From an uncultured Desulfospira sp. (GTDB lineage Bacteria > Desulfobacterota > Desulfobacteria > Desulfobacterales > Desulfobacteraceae): 64,000 bases of DNA. The notes under the pieces are model-generated. The model was not told the DNA's origin and made no database searches. It saw only the letters and a list, made by a program, of their open reading frames with translations. Positions 58,747 through 64,000 of this stretch are shown one piece after another; the first letter of the stretch is position 1; each line of letters starts with the position of its first letter. Location: contig OY760175.1 of NCBI GenBank assembly GCA_963663165.1, positions 4,416,001-4,480,000 of the forward strand. Reading direction: 5' to 3'. The position numbers and the translations under genes are program-made.

Positions 58747-60102
58747 ATGAATCCTGGAATTTTTAGGGAATACGATATTCGTGGCGTGGCTGGCACAGAC
58801 ATCCTGGACGAGGATGTGACCAACATCGGTAAAGCCTATGGAACCCTTCTGCTCCGGAAGGGAAACAAGAAAATATCCGTGGGCAGGGATTGCCGGCAGA
58901 CGTCAGACCGGTATGCTGACCTGTTTATCCAGGGCATTACGTCAACGGGATGCGATGTGGTGGATATCGGGATCTGCCCCACACCGGTGCTTTATTTTTC
59001 CATTCACCACCTTGACCTTCAAGGCGGTGCCATGGTGACGGCAAGCCACAATCCCCCGGAGTATAACGGGTTCAAGATGATGAGCGGCCATGACTCCATC
59101 CATGGTGAAGGGCTTCAGGAGGTCCGGAAGGTCATTGAGGCAAATGACTTCACCCAGGGGCAGGGAACAAGGACACAGGCCGATGTGATCACCCCTTATA
59201 AGGCCAACATCCTTGACACCATTGCCATCAGCAAACAGATCCGCATCGGCATTGATGCCGGCAACGGCACCGGCGGACTCACCGCCTTGTCTGTTTTAAA
59301 GGATCTGGGCTGCGAGGTCCATGACCTTTACTGCGATTTAGACGGCACCTTTCCCAACCATGAAGCCGATCCCACCCAGAAGAAGAACCTTACCGACCTC
59401 ATTGCCCTGGTCAAGGAAAAAAAATTGGACTTAGGCGTCGGCTACGACGGGGATGCAGACCGTATCGGCGTGGTGGATAAAAACGGCAACGTGATTTACG
59501 GGGACCAGCTCATGGTGATTTACGCCCGGGAAATCCTGGAAAGAAGCCCCGGGGCCACCTTTATCTCCGAAGTCAAATGCTCCATGGTCATGTACGAAGA
59601 TATCCGGAAGCACGGCGGAAATGCCATCATGTGGCGGACCGGCCACTCGTTGATCAAGAAAAAGATGAAAGAGGAAAATGCAGCCTTGGCCGGAGAGATG
59701 AGCGGCCATATGTTTTTCAAGGACCGGTACCTGGGCTTTGATGATGCCCTTTATGCCACCTGCCGCCTTTTAGAAATCATGGCCGATACCGGCAAGGGCG
59801 TGGACGAACTCATTGCCGATCTTCCCAAAACCTTTACCACCCCGGAACTCCGGGTGGACTGCCCCGATGATATCAAGTTCGACGTGGTGGCCAAAATGGT
59901 GGCCCACTTCAGGGAAAAACAGGAGATCATTGACATTGACGGCCTGCGGGCCCTTTACGATGACGGCTGGGGCCTTGTCCGGGCATCCAATACCCAGCCG
60001 GCCCTGGTCCTGAGGTTTGAGGCCCTGACCGAGGCCCGGTTGGAAGAAATCAGAACTGAAATTGAAACCACTTTAAAGCAGATTATAGATAAGACCGCTT
60101 AA
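58747..60102 (+). CDS. Phosphomannomutase/phosphoglucomutase
   Basis: FREYDIRG, TASHNP, DGDADR, GEMSGH and VRASNT.P. Confidence 0.95.
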   Translation: MNPGIFREYDIRGVAGTDILDEDVTNIGKAYGTLLLRKGNKKISVGRDCRQTSDRYADLFIQGITSTGCDVVDIGICPTPVLYFSIHHLDLQGGAMVTASHNPPEYNGFKMMSGHDSIHGEGLQEVRKVIEANDFTQGQGTRTQADVITPYKANILDTIAISKQIRIGIDAGNGTGGLTALSVLKDLGCEVHDLYCDLDGTFPNHEADPTQKKNLTDLIALVKEKKLDLGVGYDGDADRIGVVDKNGNVIYGDQLMVIYAREILERSPGATFISEVKCSMVMYEDIRKHGGNAIMWRTGHSLIKKKMKEENAALAGEMSGHMFFKDRYLGFDDALYATCRLLEIMADTGKGVDELIADLPKTFTTPELRVDCPDDIKFDVVAKMVAHFREKQEIIDIDGLRALYDDGWGLVRASNTQPALVLRFEALTEARLEEIRTEIETTLKQIIDKTA

Positions 60103-60116
60103 CCACATCATACCTT

Positions 60117-61979
60117 ATGCAATTATCCGAGCCCCAGCAGAAAGCTGTTGATCACACCGGCTCCCCGGCACTGGTTGTCGCGGGAGCCGGTTCCGGCAAG
60201 ACCCGGACCCTGACAGCCAAATTCTCACACCTGATTAACATGGGCCATGATCCCAAACGGATCCTGGCCATTACGTTTACCAACAAAGCCGCCGACGAGA
60301 TGAAGGCAAGGCTCATGGACATGACCGGTCTTTCCCGCCAGGAGTTCTTATGGGTGCGCACCTACCATTCCGCCTGCCTGATGATCTTAAAACGGCATTG
60401 CACGGTCATGGGATATGCCCCCCCTGTCCAGGTGTTTACCGTGTACCAGCAGGAAAAGCTTATTAAAGAGCTGTGCGTTACCAACAATGTGGACAAAAAA
60501 CAGGCCCGGAAAATCCTGAGTGCCATATCCCGGGCCAAAAATTCAGGCAATCCCGAAAAATACCTTGACCATGGTCCCCGGATAATCGGGGTGAGAATTG
60601 ATGATTTTTTTGTCCAGTACGAGGACCGGCTCAAAGGAATGAACTGCGTGGATTTTGACAATATCCTTTTAAAAACACGGGATCTTCTGCGGGACCATCC
60701 GGATATCAGAGAGCAGTACCAGCGGCTTTTTTCCTATATTCTGGTGGATGAGTACCAGGACACCAACAACCTTCAGGAGGATCTGACCGGGCTCCTGTTA
60801 GGGCCCCACCGGAACCTTTTTTGCGTAGGCGATGACTGGCAGGCCGTGTATGGCTTCAGGGGGAGCAATGTCCGGCATTTTTTAAGCTTTCCCAAAAAAT
60901 ACAAAGATTCAAAAATTTTCCGGCTCGAAGAAAATTACCGGTCAGCCGATGAGATTGTCCAGGCGGCCAATGACATGATTGACTATAATCCTGACAAAAT
61001 GGATAAAAAGTGTTTTTCCCGGAAAAAGGGAGGCGTGGTTGAAATTTATGATTTTTTGAGTGATGCCCATGAAGCCGAATGGGCCGCCAAACGGATTTTG
61101 GCCTTAAACCGGAACGGACAGGGAATCCCCTTTGACCGGATGGCCGTGGTTTACCGGACCAAATTCTGCTCCCTGCCCTTTGAAAAAACCTTCCGGCAGT
61201 TCCGGATCCCTTACCAGCTCATGGGGGCGCAAGGGTTTTTTGAGCGCATGGAAATTCTGGACATCAACTCCTATTTAAGCGCCACCTGTTTTCCCAATGA
61301 TGACCTTTCTTTTGAGCGGATCGTGAATACCCCTAAACGGGGCATCGGCCCTGCCATGGTCAAAAAAATGGCCGCGGCCCGGCAGCCCGGCATGAGCCTG
61401 CAGGAATCGGCAAGGGCCATGGTCAAAGAAAAAATTTTAACCAAAAAGGTTCATGACAACCTGTCCGATCTGTTCGAACTTATTGACACCATCCATGACA
61501 TGGCCCCGGCCATGGCCATTCAAACCGTTATCGACCGGACCGGGTATGATGAATACCTGGAAAGCAAGACCAAAACCCGGGAGGAATATATTTCAAAAAA
61601 AGAAAATATCGAGCAGCTCATCCATACGGCAAGGCCCAAGGACAGCCTTCTGGATTATCTGGAAGAGGCGGCCCTGATCCGGGAAGATAAGGAGGACCAG
61701 GATGAGGCTGACACCAATGGCGTGGGGCTTTTGACCATCCATTCCGCCAAGGGGCTGGAGTTTGACACAGTGTTTATCGCCGGCTGTGAGGAGCGGCTGT
61801 TTCCCCACTGGCGGTCCATTGACGACGGGGACCAGGCCCTGTCCGAGGAGCGCCGCCTCATGTATGTGGCCATGACCCGGGCAGAGCGCTTTTTATACCT
61901 GACCCACGCCAACTACCGGAAAGGAGATTTCTCCACCCGGAGCCGATTTCTGGATCAGGTTGAGGAGTATCTGCGGTAA
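60117..61979 (+). CDS. UvrD/PcrA-family SF1 helicase
   Basis: AGAGSGKT, TFTNKAA, VDEYQD, VGDDWQ..Y.FRG, LEENYRS, TIHSAKGLEF and EERRL.YVA.TRA. Confidence 0.95.
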   Translation: MQLSEPQQKAVDHTGSPALVVAGAGSGKTRTLTAKFSHLINMGHDPKRILAITFTNKAADEMKARLMDMTGLSRQEFLWVRTYHSACLMILKRHCTVMGYAPPVQVFTVYQQEKLIKELCVTNNVDKKQARKILSAISRAKNSGNPEKYLDHGPRIIGVRIDDFFVQYEDRLKGMNCVDFDNILLKTRDLLRDHPDIREQYQRLFSYILVDEYQDTNNLQEDLTGLLLGPHRNLFCVGDDWQAVYGFRGSNVRHFLSFPKKYKDSKIFRLEENYRSADEIVQAANDMIDYNPDKMDKKCFSRKKGGVVEIYDFLSDAHEAEWAAKRILALNRNGQGIPFDRMAVVYRTKFCSLPFEKTFRQFRIPYQLMGAQGFFERMEILDINSYLSATCFPNDDLSFERIVNTPKRGIGPAMVKKMAAARQPGMSLQESARAMVKEKILTKKVHDNLSDLFELIDTIHDMAPAMAIQTVIDRTGYDEYLESKTKTREEYISKKENIEQLIHTARPKDSLLDYLEEAALIREDKEDQDEADTNGVGLLTIHSAKGLEFDTVFIAGCEERLFPHWRSIDDGDQALSEERRLMYVAMTRAERFLYLTHANYRKGDFSTRSRFLDQVEEYLR

Positions 61980-62173
61980 GCCCCTGACGCAAAAAAAACT
62001 TGACTTGGCCATGGGAATTGATAATATCCAAAATGCCGTTTTTCTTAATAACAACGGCTATGGTTTTCAAATGATTGATTTTATTGATGGTTTTGCTTGT
62101 TTCGGCGACACAAAGGGTTGTGCTGACGGACATCGGTAATCGACAATCAAAATTTTTAAATTTGGAGCAAAAA

Positions 62174-62722
62174 ATGAAATTAATGAAGAAATTGGGATTG
62201 ATGCTGGTCATATTGTTATTGGCCGGCACTGTGGGGACTGCTGGCGCCGCGACGTATGATCTTATAGATGATAGGGATATCGCTCTTTTATCGAACGGTA
62301 ATCGTGACTCTTGGGAGTTTAATTTATCAGATTATACAAATATTGAATCAGTATCTTTGATAATCTGGGCGAGTGACATTGATGATGATTCTAATTGGTC
62401 AACTTTTGAGGTGGCTTTTGAAAGACTTATAGTGTCGGTAAATGGTTCTTTTCTCGATTACATGAGGGATGGCGATGGTGCCATTTGGAATGATATTTCT
62501 TCATATTTGAATGAAGGTCCTCTTACAATAACCGTCGAACTGGAAACGATTACGAATATCACGGGCTATTCTTTCGATGGTGTAACCGCCACTAAAGCAA
62601 AACTCACAATCGAAGGGGAGAAGACATCCGACCCGCAGGATCCGGTTCCCGTACCCGGCTCCATTCTTCTGCTGGCCAGCGGCCTTACAGCTCTGTTGGG
62701 ATTCCGGAGACGCCTGTCTTAA
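62174..62722 (+). CDS. Secreted PEP-CTERM/VPLPA-CTERM sorting-domain protein
   Basis: Signal peptide and C-terminal PVPVPGSILLLASGLTALLGFRRR. Confidence 0.88.
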   Translation: MKLMKKLGLMLVILLLAGTVGTAGAATYDLIDDRDIALLSNGNRDSWEFNLSDYTNIESVSLIIWASDIDDDSNWSTFEVAFERLIVSVNGSFLDYMRDGDGAIWNDISSYLNEGPLTITVELETITNITGYSFDGVTATKAKLTIEGEKTSDPQDPVPVPGSILLLASGLTALLGFRRRLS

Positions 62723-62750
62723 AAACTAAACTGTTTCAAGCACATAAAGA

Positions 62751-62787
62751 TAAAAAAGCCGGCGGAGAATTCCGCCGGCTTTTTTTG
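62751..62787 (+). terminator. Intrinsic terminator
   Basis: AAAAAAGCCGGCGGA-gaat-TCCGCCGGCTTTTTTT. Confidence 0.9.
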
Positions 62788-62832
62788 TCGGCTATTTTCT
62801 GCATAAAATATGGTATAAGGGCGTACCCTAAA

Positions 62833-62914
62833 TTAGCTATTAGCCATTAGCCGTTAGCTTTTGGGCGGCATCGGCTTGCTAATGGCTAACAGCTAACCGC
62901 TAACCGCTAACCGC
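62833..62914. repeat. Inverted heptamer repeat (TTAGCYR / GCTAACC)
   Basis: TTAGCTATTAGCCATTAGCCGTTAGC ... GCTAATGGCTAACAGCTAACCGCTAACCGCTAACCGC. Confidence 0.85.
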
Positions 62915-62946
62915 TTTCACAAGAAGGAACCCGAAACAGGTTGTTT

Positions 62947-64000
62947 ATGGATTTTTTTTATACCTTGAAAGAGCCGGTTTCCAAGCTTTCTTCCATGATT
63001 TTCAAGCAGGGCGTCAGGATCATTCCCTCGGATCACAAGCAGGTTTTTTTAACCCTTTTTTTTGCCATTTTTGCCACCATTACCGGGGTAGGGGTGGTGG
63101 TTCCCCTGCTGCCGGTATATGCCCATGGGTTAGGGGCTACCGGTGTCTATGTGGCCATGATCTTTGCCTCCCTTTCCCTTTCCCGGACATTTTTTCTGCC
63201 CGTATTCGGCCGGATGTCCGACAAAAGAGGCCGCAAACCCTTTATCGTGTGCGGCCTGTTTTCTTATGTGCTGATATCCATCGCCTTTTTGTTTTCCAAA
63301 AGTGTTGAGCAGCTGATCATTATCCGGTTTTTTCAGGGGATGGGGTCTGCCATGGTCATGCCCGTTGTCCAGGCCTATGTGGGGGAGATCACCCCCGAGG
63401 GGTCTGAAGGATATTCCATGGGGTTGTTTAACCTGTCCATGTTTTTGAGCTTAAGCTTAGGGCCGCTCATGGGCGGATTGATCAACGATGTCTGGTCCTT
63501 GAACGGTGCCTTTATCTGCATGGGGGTGTTGTCCGTGGCCGGGCTTTGTTTATCTGTCTTGTATCTTCCGCCGTTGTCCGAGGAAAAACTGAACACCAGA
63601 TCCAAATCCCCGGTCCCGTGGTCGGTCCTGCTCAAGGATTGGGAGCTTTCAGGTCTGTTTCTTTTCCGGTTCGCCTATACCGGGTGCATCGGGATTATCT
63701 GGTGTTTTCTGCCCCTTTTTGCTGACACGGCCTTTCACCTTTCCGGATCACAGATCGGCCTGCTGGTCATGATGGGGGTGTTTGTATCCGGGGTGTTGCA
63801 GCTGCCCATGGGATATGCGGCAGACCGGTTCAATAAAAGCGCCATGATCATTATTGGCGGATTGATCGCAGGCCTTGGCATGTTCATGGTTTATGTCTCC
63901 GGCTCTTTTGTCCATCTTCTGTTAGCGGTTTCCCTGTTCGGGGTCGGGGGCGGCATCTCCATGCCGGCGGTGACGGCATTGGCCGTCATCAAAGGGGATT
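62947..64000 (+). CDS. MFS transporter, 3'-truncated by the window edge
   Basis: Open frame with G.G.VVPLLPVYA..LG, motif A FGRMSDKRGRK, RFFQG.G and GPLMGG. Start at 62947 or 62995. Confidence 0.88.
   Translation, partial: MDFFYTLKEPVSKLSSMIFKQGVRIIPSDHKQVFLTLFFAIFATITGVGVVVPLLPVYAHGLGATGVYVAMIFASLSLSRTFFLPVFGRMSDKRGRKPFIVCGLFSYVLISIAFLFSKSVEQLIIIRFFQGMGSAMVMPVVQAYVGEITPEGSEGYSMGLFNLSMFLSLSLGPLMGGLINDVWSLNGAFICMGVLSVAGLCLSVLYLPPLSEEKLNTRSKSPVPWSVLLKDWELSGLFLFRFAYTGCIGIIWCFLPLFADTAFHLSGSQIGLLVMMGVFVSGVLQLPMGYAADRFNKSAMIIIGGLIAGLGMFMVYVSGSFVHLLLAVSLFGVGGGISMPAVTALAVIKGD

Noticed and set aside
62005..62020. Sigma54 promoter for the PEP-CTERM gene
   Set aside because: TGGC...TTGA has the wrong spacing and lacks the -12 GC.

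Overview
The window looks like the chromosome of a sulfate-reducing Desulfobacteraceae-like bacterium (inferred from gene content and protein style, not from a search). (1) Positions 1-10.66 kb are an accessory mosaic: an ISAs1-like transposase end, two orphan Rhs C-terminal toxin/immunity cassettes, a truncated comM/yifB, an Rhs fragment, a RelE-type TA pair with an XRE regulator, and an intact plus an internally deleted REP-associated tyrosine transposase (RAYT) bracketing a ThDP decarboxylase and a tungsten aldehyde:ferredoxin oxidoreductase. Almost every module junction falls on a GGGGACAC/GGGGTC REP-like motif, and 4023-10641 is framed by an exact 22-bp direct repeat. (2) 10.9-25 kb is core-like: lpxC, DUF4390, ntrY/ntrX-like, rsmD, coaD, LysR, enoyl-CoA hydratase, hydantoinase + HDAC with a structured ~91-bp repeat family, epmA, and cheD/HDOD. 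(3) 25-38.5 kb is a TonB receptor/ECF/methyltransferase/AraC uptake locus split by an AT-rich vapBC-rhuM-tetR-hydrolase insert. (4) 38.6-42.4 kb is a cobalamin-riboswitch operon encoding a divergent TrpD-like phosphoribosyltransferase, a small protein and a Zn-dehydrogenase-CobT fusion, a candidate uncharacterised cobamide lower-ligand pathway. (5) 42.4-64 kb is core-like: rhomboid, panB/panG-like, [NiFe] hydrogenase, M16C protease, rsmA, dapL, dksA, vWA-OmpA, hybrid kinase, uppP, PMM/PGM, UvrD, a PEP-CTERM protein and an MFS transporter. The two best candidates for new biology are the B12-regulated TrpD-like/ADH-CobT operon and the RAYT/REP-bounded cassette mosaic. All family calls are from motif recognition by eye; no database search was run.
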